From the NCBI GenBank assembly GCA_964426805.1, contig CAYRRY010000001.1, positions 2,504-66,503 on the forward strand: a stretch of 64,000 nucleotides of DNA, given 5' to 3'. Every line of letters starts with the position of its first letter. Within the stretch, counting starts at the first letter, position 1. The notes beneath the pieces are model-generated. The model saw only the letters and a program-made list of their open reading frames with translations, ran no database searches and had not been told where the DNA came from. Shown here piece by piece: positions 1 through 8,838 of the stretch. The DNA comes from an uncultured Candidatus Saccharibacteria bacterium (GTDB lineage Bacteria > Patescibacteriota > UBA1384 > XYA2-FULL-43-10). Position numbers and translations under genes: made by a program.

Positions 1-425
1 TGGGTTGTGTCGAGAGTTTCTGCTGTGTAGTCGTTTTCGTAAAAAGATCCACTGTTGTTTTCCTCGGTTTCGTTGTTGTTCTCGCCAGCGAAAAATCCTT
101 CGAAATATGAATAATTTTGGTAGAAAAGCAAAAAGACAAGAATGATTATTAGAAACACAACCCATTTAGCCATCGGGTTATTTGTTTTCTTTGGATGGTT
201 GCCAAAATATTCTTTTTCTTCCTTTGTTTTTTCCTCTTCGGCTTGTTTTTCTTCGGTTTCTTCTTCTTCGTGATGGTCAAAGACAAAAGGATCGTCTGAG
301 TATTTTGGAGTATTATTGATATTAATTTCAAAATTTTCACCCTCGACTTTTGTGTCCTTTTTGGTAATATCAGCTTTTTTTGTTTGTTTTTTAGGACTTA
401 TATCGTTAGCTATACCCATATTCAT
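1..425 (-). CDS. hypothetical membrane-anchored protein, partial (3' end lies beyond window start); Lys/Glu-rich low-complexity N-terminal part, one TM helix (WVVFLIIILVFLLFY), acidic tail
   Basis: Minus-strand ATG at 425..423 preceded by GGAGG (forward 428-432). Reading frame is open to position 1. Absent from the ORF track because no stop lies in the window. The track ORF 149..340 is in a different frame. Confidence 0.45.
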   Translation of the reverse strand, partial: MNMGIANDISPKKQTKKADITKKDTKVEGENFEININNTPKYSDDPFVFDHHEEEETEEKQAEEEKTKEEKEYFGNHPKKTNNPMAKWVVFLIIILVFLLFYQNYSYFEGFFAGENNNETEENNSGSFYENDYTAETLDTT

Positions 426-474
426 GCCCCTCCAAGTGCATGGTTATATTATATCAAAAAGATAAAAGAATGTA

Positions 475-1404
475 CTATTTTTGCCAGTTTTTGCTATTTG
501 AGTGATTTTCGTGCATCTTGAATTTCTGAATGTGGGCTCGCCAGTCATCGCCGATTATAAATGGTTCTTTCTCTGGCTTGTTTTGCTCTTCGAGCATAGT
601 AAGATAACCAACGTCTTCGATCTCTATCCCCATCAACTTTAGGGCTAAGATGTCAGCCATAAGTGAGTCCGTAGAGGCTATCGCCCAGTGGGAAGGCACC
701 ATCTCCCCTCCTGCTGCTGGACCGTTGCCTTGCATGGAGGAGAAGCCGTCCAGTACTGCCAAATCAATTTTAATTTTAGAAGCAAGTCTTCGAATATTTT
801 CATTTATAGCCCAGTTGCCCTGGTGTATCATCACTTTGTTATTTTTCCCCATGCCGAATCTTGTGGCCACTCTAGCTGTGAATCCGTTGTCGGGTCGTAA
901 AAGAGAACCTACAGCGATGTTTTTGATAGCTCCCGTATAGACCACGTTGTTGTGTGTTTTGGGCGGAGAAACGCTGATAAGGTAGTCTGACTCTGTAATT
1001 GTTTTTGATATCTGAGCTTTCCATGGTTTTTCATTTTTATCAATTAGCTCAATCTCCTCAAATTCGTCGTTGTTCAGGTCAACTACAGAAAAACCGTAGG
1101 TTTCTTGAAGTGAAAAGTAGTCGTAGTTTTTAAATGCTTCGACGGTATCACCGACTCCTGTTCCTTCGGCTAGGGTTATCTGGTTTCTGGCATACGGTTT
1201 GATAAATTCAAAAACAGCATGAAGCGCATCGACGTGGGTTGATGCGAGCTGAAAATTGTCAACCACACAATTCGGTTTTACTACAATCCGCTCGGCTTTT
1301 TTGAGTCCAGAGATGATGTCGCCCTTGGTGAGCGAAAGAGATCTTTGGACGTTGTATGTCCTGTCGTCGGAATAAATAAAAGAAATCTTGCTCATAAAAA
1401 ACAA
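475..1404 (-). CDS. DUF362-family protein (uncharacterised Fe-S-associated domain family)
   Basis: 309-aa ORF. Motifs VVKPN, GxGxG-like and an overall pattern typical of DUF362 proteins. Family assignment is from memory only. Confidence 0.5.
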   Translation of the reverse strand: MFFMSKISFIYSDDRTYNVQRSLSLTKGDIISGLKKAERIVVKPNCVVDNFQLASTHVDALHAVFEFIKPYARNQITLAEGTGVGDTVEAFKNYDYFSLQETYGFSVVDLNNDEFEEIELIDKNEKPWKAQISKTITESDYLISVSPPKTHNNVVYTGAIKNIAVGSLLRPDNGFTARVATRFGMGKNNKVMIHQGNWAINENIRRLASKIKIDLAVLDGFSSMQGNGPAAGGEMVPSHWAIASTDSLMADILALKLMGIEIEDVGYLTMLEEQNKPEKEPFIIGDDWRAHIQKFKMHENHSNSKNWQK

Positions 1405-1454
1405 TATATATAAAAATATTACCTATATTAAATTCTAGCCGACGAAAGACTTTC

Positions 1455-1688
1455 TTACCAGCGAGAATATTCCTCTTTCTTTTCACCCGCCTTTTTATTT
1501 TTGGCTTGTTTGCCCTTTGAAACTAGAATGGTGCCAGCCTTTTCATCCACTTTCATGTCTACAAGGTCGCCCTTGCCCCATTTTAGCTCTTTTATCACCC
1601 ATTTTGGCAGGGTAACACACAGACTGTAGTTTGAGAATTTAATCAATTTTCTTTTTTCATTTTTCATATGAGTAAAGTATATATCCAT
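1455..1688 (-). CDS. AbrB/MazE/SpoVT-type swapped-hairpin DNA-binding domain protein (start possibly at internal Met ~1667)
   Basis: Segment SLCVTLPKWVIKELKWGKGDLVDMKV resembles the AbrB/MazE beta-barrel core. No toxin partner is adjacent. Confidence 0.35.
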   Translation of the reverse strand: MDIYFTHMKNEKRKLIKFSNYSLCVTLPKWVIKELKWGKGDLVDMKVDEKAGTILVSKGKQAKNKKAGEKKEEYSRW

Positions 1689-1758
1689 TGATTACTTTAA
1701 TCAAATAATATTAGCCTAATATATTTATAGAAAAATCCAACGGCTGGAATATCGTAGG

Positions 1759-2370
1759 CTATAAAACGAATTTTCGAATAACTCCTTTGACTTTGCCCTG
1801 AACAGTAATTCTCTTTTTGGAAAAACGCATCGGTTTCATGGTGCTATTAGCGGGTTGAAGTCGTATATATCCCTTTTCGTTGTAAAAACGCTTTAGGGTT
1901 GCATTTTCGTTGTCTACCAAGGCGACCACTATGTCACCATTGTGTGCGGAGGAGGTTTGCTCAATGATGACATAGTCGCCCTCCAAAATTCCATCTTCAA
2001 TCATAGACTCCCCTCGTACTCGAAGAGCAAATGTTTTTCGGCCCATCATATCTTTGGGGATATCTATGGTTTCGCTGGAACGTATGGCCTCTATCGGCTT
2101 GCCGGCGTCTATCACGCCTTCGAGAGGAACCATACAGAGATCGATGCCGGATGCGAAGGTTGGTGTGAGCTGGATAGATCTGGCGTCCATGTCTTCCTTG
2201 GTCAAGTAACCCTTGTCTTTCAAGATGTTAATATACTCGGCGACAGTGCCGGTGGATGATAGCTCAAAATAATATGCTATTTCGCGATAGCTGGGCGCGT
2301 AGCCGTTTTCGTCGATAAAGCTCTGTATGTAGTCCAAAATCTCTTTTTGTCGTCTTGTTAAAGGCTCCAT
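1759..2370 (-). CDS. lexA: LexA repressor (S24 peptidase)
   Basis: N-terminal winged-HTH (RQKEILDYIQ...GYAPSYREIA). C-terminal S24 autoprotease with RVRGESM (Ser nucleophile) and GDIVVALVDNENATLKRF (Lys general base). Confidence 0.92.
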   Translation of the reverse strand: MEPLTRRQKEILDYIQSFIDENGYAPSYREIAYYFELSSTGTVAEYINILKDKGYLTKEDMDARSIQLTPTFASGIDLCMVPLEGVIDAGKPIEAIRSSETIDIPKDMMGRKTFALRVRGESMIEDGILEGDYVIIEQTSSAHNGDIVVALVDNENATLKRFYNEKGYIRLQPANSTMKPMRFSKKRITVQGKVKGVIRKFVL

Positions 2371-2462
2371 ATTATCTCCCTTATAGAATCCAACCGTCGT
2401 TAAATGGTGGTTGAGAATTTCTAGTTGAATTATTTTCTAAAAACATCGTAAATTTGATTAGT

Positions 2463-2477
2463 GTTCGTCTTATGTTC
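2463..2477. promoter_or_regulatory. candidate LexA operator, direct-repeat type GTTC-N7-GTTC (GAAC-N7-GAAC on the lexA strand), ~90 bp upstream of lexA start
   Basis: Sequence GTTCgtcttatGTTC at 2463-2477. An additional CGAAC half-site lies at 2505-2509. The geometry matches the alphaproteobacterial-style SOS box, not the Gram-positive CGAACN4GTTCG palindrome. Confidence 0.3.
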
Positions 2478-2567
2478 GGTACTTATATAATACCAAACAA
2501 AACCCGAACATCCAGATGAAATTTATCCACAACTAAAAAAATATGCATAGGACTATAGAATACAAAA

Positions 2568-2705
2568 ATTATCCTCTTTTCTTGGTTTTAGATCTTTTGT
2601 CTTTCTTCTCTTTATATCGAATCTTTTTGATCAATTTGTGAAACAAACAACCTCTGTTCGCAAGAGCGAACACTCGCCTTTCAACTCTACTGGCTTTTAT
2701 CTTCA
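2568..2705 (-). CDS. small very basic protein (45 aa), unannotated in ORF track
   Basis: Minus-strand ATG at 2705 with GGAGG 13 nt upstream. Translation: MKIKASRVERRVFALANRGCLFHKLIKKIRYKEKKDKRSKTKKRG. Ribosomal-protein-like composition but no family recognised. Confidence 0.35.
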
Positions 2706-2783
2706 TCGCATAGATAGTGCCTCCAAAGGAGTTATCTAAACTTATAAGCTTGAAGCGTGGTTGGTATTGTTAAAACAATATAC

Positions 2784-4088
2784 TTATTTGCTCTGTTTTG
2801 AAAGCAATCCCACACACTCTATGTGATGAGTCTGTGGAAAGTTGTCTATGGGCTGTACTTTTTCTAAAATTATCTCGTGCTTCTTAAATTCATTTATGTC
2901 ACGTGCGAAAGTGGCTGGGTTGCAGGAAGCATAGATTAGTCGTTTAAATTTTTGTTTCGAAATCTCACTTACTAATTCTTTTGTAATTCCCGCCCTTGGT
3001 GGGTCAACAATCACAACATTGCTCTCGTACTTATTCAAGTTTATTCTATCTCTAAGATCCAGAGTGTAAAAATTACAATTTTGAACATGATTTAGCTTGG
3101 CGTTGTCTCTAGCGTCGTTAACCGCATTTAAAACTACATCTATCCCGGCTACTTCTTTGGCAAGGGTTGAGAGATAAATGCCGATAGTTCCGGTGCCACA
3201 AAATAAATCCAAGATAGTGTCCCCCGCTTCAACCTTGGCGTATTTTTTGATTATTTCGTAAAGTGTTTTAGCGCCGTATGAATTAGTTTGAAAAAAGGAC
3301 TCTGGAGATATTTGGAACTTAAACTTGCCTATTTTCTCATAAATTATCGGCGAACCAAATATCAGCTTTCGCTTAAGGCTCTTGAGTGACTTATTCGGAG
3401 CAATCGTATGATAAATAGATTTGACCTCATCAATCTTTTTTAAAACCTCTACAATCCCCTCTCTGTTTGGAAGCTCTTCATTGGTTGTAATTAGTTCAAC
3501 CATAATTTCACCAGTTATTTTTCCCTCGCGAATTTTTATCTGCCAGAAAGAAGACTTATACAGAACATTATCATTTATGTAGCTTTTTAATTCATTCAAT
3601 ATTTTATTTGATGTTTCTGATTGGAGGAAACATTCATCTATAGGAACCAACTCATTTTTATAATAGTGGTGTCTAGCAAAAGAGATGTTTTTATTGTTGT
3701 CTAGTAAAAAGAAAAAGCGCATAGAGTTCCTGTAATATAGCGGATGGTTTGACCCGGGCAAGATTGTCTCTGCTTCAATATCAATTTTAGCGCGGTCTAA
3801 AACTTCCTGGAATACTTTCTCTTTAATTTTGAGTTGATTGTCGTAGTTTATGTTCTGATGCCCGCATCCGCCACAATCTTCGAAGTGTGGACACTTGGGT
3901 TCAATGCGGATGTTTGAGGGTTTAATAATTTCATCAATCACGCCCTCTGCAAAAGACTTTTTATTTTTTAAAAGCTTAACTTCTACCTCGTCCCCGGGAA
4001 CGGTTTTGGGTACAAAAATAGGACGACCATTTTCGTCTCGTCCTAATCCAACTCCTGGAAATATAATTTTTTCAATTTTGATTTTCAT
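2784..4088 (-). CDS. 23S rRNA (uracil-5)-methyltransferase, RumA/RlmD family (TRAM domain + Fe-S Cys cluster + SAM MTase)
   Basis: N-terminal TRAM-like beta-barrel. Cys cluster CPHFEDCGGCGHQ. SAM motif LDLFCGTGTIG. Catalytic region DPPRAG...ASCNP. Confidence 0.85.
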   Translation of the reverse strand: MKIKIEKIIFPGVGLGRDENGRPIFVPKTVPGDEVEVKLLKNKKSFAEGVIDEIIKPSNIRIEPKCPHFEDCGGCGHQNINYDNQLKIKEKVFQEVLDRAKIDIEAETILPGSNHPLYYRNSMRFFFLLDNNKNISFARHHYYKNELVPIDECFLQSETSNKILNELKSYINDNVLYKSSFWQIKIREGKITGEIMVELITTNEELPNREGIVEVLKKIDEVKSIYHTIAPNKSLKSLKRKLIFGSPIIYEKIGKFKFQISPESFFQTNSYGAKTLYEIIKKYAKVEAGDTILDLFCGTGTIGIYLSTLAKEVAGIDVVLNAVNDARDNAKLNHVQNCNFYTLDLRDRINLNKYESNVVIVDPPRAGITKELVSEISKQKFKRLIYASCNPATFARDINEFKKHEIILEKVQPIDNFPQTHHIECVGLLSKQSK

Positions 4089-4089
4089 A

Positions 4090-4640
4090 TTAAGTTTGTA
4101 CGACGCGGGAAGTTGCCCTCCCGCGTCGCTTCGGATCCCGTGATTTGCTGAAAAGAATTGCTATCAGTAAATCACGGTCGTTGTCTGGCCGTCAGCTCAC
4201 CAGCGTAGAGGCCTGGCTCAGACAACTGTTTGCCCCGTGAGGAGTGGGGCACGACCGCGGTTGCCTCATGCGCTGGCTGTTGCCGCACGAATCAGCAACT
4301 TCTTCTGCGTCGCACCCATAGGGTGTCTCTCCCTTCTTGGGTATGTGAGGGGCGTTTGCCACTCACTATCACTGTGGAGATGTTCTCGACAAGTTAAAAC
4401 TATCATAAATCTGTCTCGACATCAACACACAACAAATAAAAAAAGACTCACCTAGAGTCTGAAAATAATAACAATTTAGAGGGGGGCGCGTCGGGTAACG
4501 CGCCCCCCTGCAGCTCAAGCAGATTGACAGCACCTAGATAGTGATTTATCCCTTGCGGGGCCACGCTATTCTAGCGCCATCATTGTGTCCGCCTATTCAC
4601 CACCTTTCGGTGGCGGACTATGTAAGAATATACCCTATTG
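4090..4640. ncRNA. GC-rich, highly structured non-coding island; candidate structured RNA(s) of unknown class
   Basis: No credible ORF. Perfect helices include CGACGCGGGA/TCCCGCGTCG (4101-4128), CCGTGATTT/AAATCACGG, GGGGGGCGCG/CGCGCCCCCC (4481-4508) and CCACC-GAAA-GGTGG, a GNRA-type tetraloop nested in GTCCGCC/GGCGGAC. A minus-strand intrinsic terminator follows at 4434-4460. Confidence 0.35.
4434..4460 (-). terminator. intrinsic terminator on minus strand (hairpin AGACTC-TAGGTG-AGTCT followed by TTTTTTTATTT)
   Basis: Read on the minus strand: agactctaggtgagtctttttttatttg. Confidence 0.6.
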
Positions 4641-4644
4641 CTGT

Positions 4645-5202
4645 CTATTTTTCAATTGCTTTATATAGTATTATTCCCGCGGATGTTGCAACGTTTAGAG
4701 AGTTGGCCACGCCGTGCATCGGGATATCAACATAAGCATCGCACAGCGCAAGAGCGCCATCTCCTATCCCCTCTACTTCATTTCCCACAACTATGGCTAT
4801 TGGTTTCTTATATTTAAATTTATTGTAATCGATACTTTCGTCGGTTTGCTCTAGAGCGACCACCGACACATTCTTTTTCTTTAGTTTTTCTATCACATCA
4901 ATTGTATTTTCAAAATATTTGTAAGGTACATGTTCGATAGTCTGAAGAGCAGTTTTTTCTAGATCAGGTCTTGGCGGATGCGCAGTGATTCCACAGAGAA
5001 ATATTTTCTTAACTCTTGCAGCATCGGCTGTTCGAAACATGGCTCCCACATTGTGAACAGAGCGAATATTATCCAAAATCAAATAAACCTCATGGCGAGG
5101 TTTATTTTTGAGGATTTGTAAGTCCCCTTTTCTTTTAATCAATTCTTCAGTATTAAGTTTTTTCATAGTTCCAAGTTCTTTATTCTTAATTCTGCAAAAC
5201 AT
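4645..5202 (-). CDS. SpoU/TrmH-family RNA 2'-O-methyltransferase (likely start at internal Met ~5166)
   Basis: SPOUT motifs: NVGAMFRTADA, VVGNEVEGI and the C-terminal LNVATSAGIILY. Confidence 0.8.
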   Translation of the reverse strand: MFCRIKNKELGTMKKLNTEELIKRKGDLQILKNKPRHEVYLILDNIRSVHNVGAMFRTADAARVKKIFLCGITAHPPRPDLEKTALQTIEHVPYKYFENTIDVIEKLKKKNVSVVALEQTDESIDYNKFKYKKPIAIVVGNEVEGIGDGALALCDAYVDIPMHGVANSLNVATSAGIILYKAIEK

Positions 5203-5220
5203 GTATTACCGATTTTGTTC

Positions 5221-6522
5221 TTAGCACTTATCTTTTTCAATTCTTTTCTGTATCTCTTCTAAAATATCTTTGACGAAAAATGTTTCCTGTGAGCTAGCAT
5301 TTAGATTTCTAAGAATCACTTCATCTTTCAGCGCTTCTTTCTGTCCGATAATTAGAGCATATTTTGCGCCAGTTTTAACCGCATGTCTCATCTGGGTTCT
5401 GAGTCCGTCGTTTGTTGGAACGAAGTAAACATTTGTGTTGTGCTTTGAAAGCATCTCGTAAACCTTCTTAGAGACCTCTTTGGCTTTTTCTCCAAGTTGA
5501 AGTATGCAAACCTCTACGCCACGGATAGGGGTAGGTTTAATCTTTTGCTCACGCATCAATTCCACAACCCTGTCAATTCCTAGAGAAAAGCCAACAGCGG
5601 GAGTTTTTGCTCCGCCCAAGAGCTCAACCAATTCATCATATCTTCCGCCTCCACCGATGGAGTTTTGTCTCTCTTTGTCAGACTTTGCAGCAAATTCAAA
5701 AACTGTTCTAGAATAATAATCCAAACCACGCACCAAGTATGGATCTAGGTCGTATCGAATCTCGAAATAATCTAGAAGCTCCAAGGTACTTTGGAAGTGA
5801 TCTTTGCATTCATCGCAGATATTGTCGATAATAAGTGGTGCACTTTTGGCTAATTTTTTGCATCCATCTTCTTTGCAGTCAAGCAAGCGGAGAGGATTTT
5901 CTTCATATCGGACTCTACAATCAGAACAAAGCTTGTTCAGATTTTTCTTGTAGTAGCTTTTTAGTTTCTTGATATATTTTGGTCGGCAAGCGGGGCAACC
6001 AATTGAGTTTGTATATACAATTATGTTTTTGAGGCCCAAGTCAGATAGAATTTTCCAGGCGGACATTATAGATAGATAGTCAGCCTTAGAAGATCTGTCG
6101 CCAAAAATTTCTACACCGACTTGATAAAACTCCCTGTATCTCCCCTTTTGAGGTCTGTCATGTCTGTACATGGGGCCAACGTAGTACATCTTTACCGGCT
6201 GAGGCATACTTCCCATCCCGTTTTCGATATATGCTCGCACGGCGCTAGCTGTTCCCTCTGGCCGTAGCGCGTATGTTGGATCCTTAATGTCATCTCCACG
6301 TTTTGAAATTAGATACATCTCCTTGCTGACGATGTCGGTATCTTTTCCAATCCCACGGGTAAATACTTCGGCATTTTCAAAAGTTGGCAGATCGATGCGT
6401 TGTATGCCCAGGCTTTGCAAAACACACTCGGAGGTGTGTCGAATCATCTGAAAATAAGGCTGGTCTTTGGGTAAAATATCTCTAGTTCCACGCGCTGTTT
6501 GATAAGATTCCTTTTTTGACAT
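5221..6522 (-). CDS. hisS: histidyl-tRNA synthetase
   Basis: Class II motifs. RGTRD at the N-terminus. GGGGRYD and GFSLGIDR are the HisRS signature peptides. A C-terminal anticodon-binding domain is present. Confidence 0.93.
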   Translation of the reverse strand: MSKKESYQTARGTRDILPKDQPYFQMIRHTSECVLQSLGIQRIDLPTFENAEVFTRGIGKDTDIVSKEMYLISKRGDDIKDPTYALRPEGTASAVRAYIENGMGSMPQPVKMYYVGPMYRHDRPQKGRYREFYQVGVEIFGDRSSKADYLSIMSAWKILSDLGLKNIIVYTNSIGCPACRPKYIKKLKSYYKKNLNKLCSDCRVRYEENPLRLLDCKEDGCKKLAKSAPLIIDNICDECKDHFQSTLELLDYFEIRYDLDPYLVRGLDYYSRTVFEFAAKSDKERQNSIGGGGRYDELVELLGGAKTPAVGFSLGIDRVVELMREQKIKPTPIRGVEVCILQLGEKAKEVSKKVYEMLSKHNTNVYFVPTNDGLRTQMRHAVKTGAKYALIIGQKEALKDEVILRNLNASSQETFFVKDILEEIQKRIEKDKC

Positions 6523-6672
6523 ATACGCCTTTCAAATTTTAGTTCTAATTTTTTCTTTGTATGAGGCTAGGTTAGCAATAATTATGGTCCAAGTCAACAC
6601 GAAAATCGGAATATTTTGATGTTATTGGATATTAATTATACAATAAAAATGTAATCAAATAATAAAAAATAT

Positions 6673-7749
6673 ATGGCAAAGCGCAAAAACATAAAAATAC
6701 TAGGAGCGGGTATTTCGGGTCTAACCGCGGCGATTAATTTGGCGAAAGCTGGCTACGGGGTTGTCGTCTACGAAAAGAATAAAGATTGCGGCATGAGATT
6801 TCATGGTGATATGCAAGGTTTGGAAAACTGGTCAAACGAGGAAGATGTATTAGATATGATGCATTCCATGCACATAGATATTAATTTTGACGCGACACCT
6901 TTTAGGAAAGTTCAATTCTCTAATTGCGAGTCTACTAAAGAATTTTCATATGATAAACCTTTGTTTTATCTTGTAAAAAGAGGTAGCCAAAAAGGTAGTT
7001 TAGATATGGGCCTGAAGAAACAATCTCAAGATTGTGGGGTTGTTATTAAATTTGAGCAAGAGGTTGAAGAGAAAGAATGCGATATAGTTGCTACCGGACC
7101 TAAATTTAAGCACATTATAATAGCTGACAAAGGAGAGCTTTTCAAGAACGATTTGCCAGATATGGCCATTGCCATAGTTAACAACGAAGCTGCTTACAAG
7201 GGTTATTCGTATTTCTTAAATGTGGACGGGCATGGTTGTTTATGCAGCTGTGTTTTTGATGACATAAAAAAACTGAATGAATGTTATGATTTTACAAAGA
7301 AATATTTTATCTCAAAATATAATATAAAAATCCTTAAATCAAAAGAAGTTGGTGGTGTGGGATATTTTTCACTAAAAAACTGTTACAGAAAAGGCAAGGC
7401 CTTATATGTTGGTGAATCAGCAGGCATACAAGACTTTCTCGCAGGATTTGGCATGCGAACCGCAATGAAATCAGGGTTTTTGGCTGCCCAATCAATACTT
7501 AACAATACGGATTATGAGAAAATGGCGGAAGAAGAGTTCGGAGATTACTTGCGAGCAGGCATTGTGAATCGTTTCGTCTGGGAACATTCGGACTCAGATA
7601 ACTACCTGTCGGTTCTTGAGAGATTGAATAAAATGGACAATAGTACTAAATATTTAAAATCGATTTATAATTATAATTTAATTGAGCATATTGAATACCC
7701 TATTGCACTTTCATATATAAAGAAGCAATACCCGGAAATATTAGAATAG
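6673..7749 (+). CDS. FAD/NAD(P)-binding oxidoreductase (geranylgeranyl-reductase-like flavoprotein family)
   Basis: N-terminal Rossmann dinucleotide motif ILGAGISGLTAAINLAKAGYGVVVYEK. Second GxG region GESAGIQDFLAGFGM near the C-terminus. Confidence 0.6.
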   Translation: MAKRKNIKILGAGISGLTAAINLAKAGYGVVVYEKNKDCGMRFHGDMQGLENWSNEEDVLDMMHSMHIDINFDATPFRKVQFSNCESTKEFSYDKPLFYLVKRGSQKGSLDMGLKKQSQDCGVVIKFEQEVEEKECDIVATGPKFKHIIIADKGELFKNDLPDMAIAIVNNEAAYKGYSYFLNVDGHGCLCSCVFDDIKKLNECYDFTKKYFISKYNIKILKSKEVGGVGYFSLKNCYRKGKALYVGESAGIQDFLAGFGMRTAMKSGFLAAQSILNNTDYEKMAEEEFGDYLRAGIVNRFVWEHSDSDNYLSVLERLNKMDNSTKYLKSIYNYNLIEHIEYPIALSYIKKQYPEILE

Positions 7750-7755
7750 AAGCCT

Positions 7756-8838
7756 CTACTCGTCGGTAAGTTTGAATCTATAGATCGATATCGCCGCCGC
7801 AACCACAATCCAGGTTATGACAATAATCATATTTATAGGATCTAAAAATGGTGATTTTGCTTCCAGCATTACGGCTCTGAGCATACGGAGTAGCGGCGCA
7901 AGTGGCAACCATTCGACTACGGAGAGCAACCATTCCGGAAGTTGATCAATTGGAAAGAAAACACCTGCCAAAAACATCATCGGTATAGTTATGGTCATGG
8001 ACATACCCTGGGCCGCATCTGCGTTCTTTGAGAAACTCGCCACTACGAAACCTAGAAGTTGGAATAAAAAGGCGCTGATAAGTGCAAAGACGACTGTTAG
8101 CCAGAGGCTTCCAGTTATGTTTGCTCCGAATCCGTAAACACCGATAGCCAAGATAACAGTGATTTGGATGATATTTACTACCAGTCTCGAAAGCACTTCT
8201 GCAAAGACAAATCTCCACGGTTTGATAGGGGTTGTGACAAGTCTTTTTAGGATCTGATCTTCTCTATACTTGCTCATAGTTATGGCGATTCCTTGGACCG
8301 AAGAGTTCATTAGTGCGAGACCGATCAGCCCGACTAGAACAAATTCAAAATAGGTTAACTCGTTTGAGGTAGAGCTGACTTCATTTATCGAAAAAATTGG
8401 TTCGACATTCTGAACTTTAAAATTTGCACCCGTTAGCATGTTGCCGAGAAAGGCTGTTATAACTTGGTTGGAAGTCAGGTTGCCCGGGTCTAAATAAACG
8501 TCAATTTCTTTCGGTGATTCAGGACTTAAAGCCCCAAAATCTTCAGGGATATATATTACGGAGACAATGTCGTTTGTTTCTATCAGCCCCTCTGCTTCTT
8601 CAATATTTTCAGTTTCACGAATCTTGAAAACATCAGAGTCAGTTAAGGTTGTCTCAATTCTGTTCGCAAGTTTTGTTTCTGATTTATTGATAACCGAGAT
8701 TGTGCCCACACTAGTTTCTTCTCCACCGAAAAAGAAACCGAAGATTAAGGTAAACATGATAGGAAATGCCAGGCTCCAAAAAAGACTCTGTCGTTGGCGG
8801 AAAAGCATTTTTAAGTTTAGTTGAATTAGTTTAAGCAT
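7756..8838 (-). CDS. ABC-2 type transporter permease
   Basis: Six predicted TM segments in the C-terminal half. Overlaps the upstream ATPase gene by 8 nt. Confidence 0.75.
   Translation of the reverse strand: MLKLIQLNLKMLFRQRQSLFWSLAFPIMFTLIFGFFFGGEETSVGTISVINKSETKLANRIETTLTDSDVFKIRETENIEEAEGLIETNDIVSVIYIPEDFGALSPESPKEIDVYLDPGNLTSNQVITAFLGNMLTGANFKVQNVEPIFSINEVSSTSNELTYFEFVLVGLIGLALMNSSVQGIAITMSKYREDQILKRLVTTPIKPWRFVFAEVLSRLVVNIIQITVILAIGVYGFGANITGSLWLTVVFALISAFLFQLLGFVVASFSKNADAAQGMSMTITIPMMFLAGVFFPIDQLPEWLLSVVEWLPLAPLLRMLRAVMLEAKSPFLDPINMIIVITWIVVAAAISIYRFKLTDE

Noticed and set aside
149-340. 63-aa Lys-rich ORF on the minus strand
   Set aside because: Low-complexity translation of an A/T-rich stretch in the wrong frame. 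The same DNA encodes, in another frame, a partial ORF with a proper RBS and TM helix.
650-940. Plus-strand ORFs inside the DUF362 gene (650-940, 688-900) and similar antisense ORFs inside clpC, nusA, GT genes, secY, typA and others
   Set aside because: Embedded antisense to long, well-supported genes, with no RBS and odd composition. Treated as shadow ORFs.
1455-1688. Type II toxin-antitoxin module (MazE-like antitoxin)
   Set aside because: No toxin gene on either side. Neighbours are lexA and a DUF362 protein. Only the DNA-binding fold call is kept.
2463-2511. Gram-positive-type Cheo box (CGAACATATGTTCG) upstream of lexA
   Set aside because: GTTCG and CGAAC half-sites are present but about 27 bp apart and in the wrong relative order for the palindromic box. 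The direct-repeat reading fits better.
4090-4640. Assignment of the GC-rich islands to RNase P RNA, tmRNA or SRP RNA
   Set aside because: By eye I found no GGAAAGUCCGGGCUCC/CCGGCUUA P4 strands, no tmRNA 5' GGAUUCGAC with tRNA-like 3' GGUUCGA…CCACCA end, and no SRP domain-IV GGAA/AGCAG pattern. Kept only as unknown-class candidates, since covariance models would be needed.
4237-4735. ORFs 4237-4455 and 4541-4735 in the first GC-rich island and ORF 62697-62945 in the second
   Set aside because: Arg/Ser/Pro-rich translations typical of reading GC-rich non-coding DNA. No start context. The regions are better explained by RNA secondary structure.
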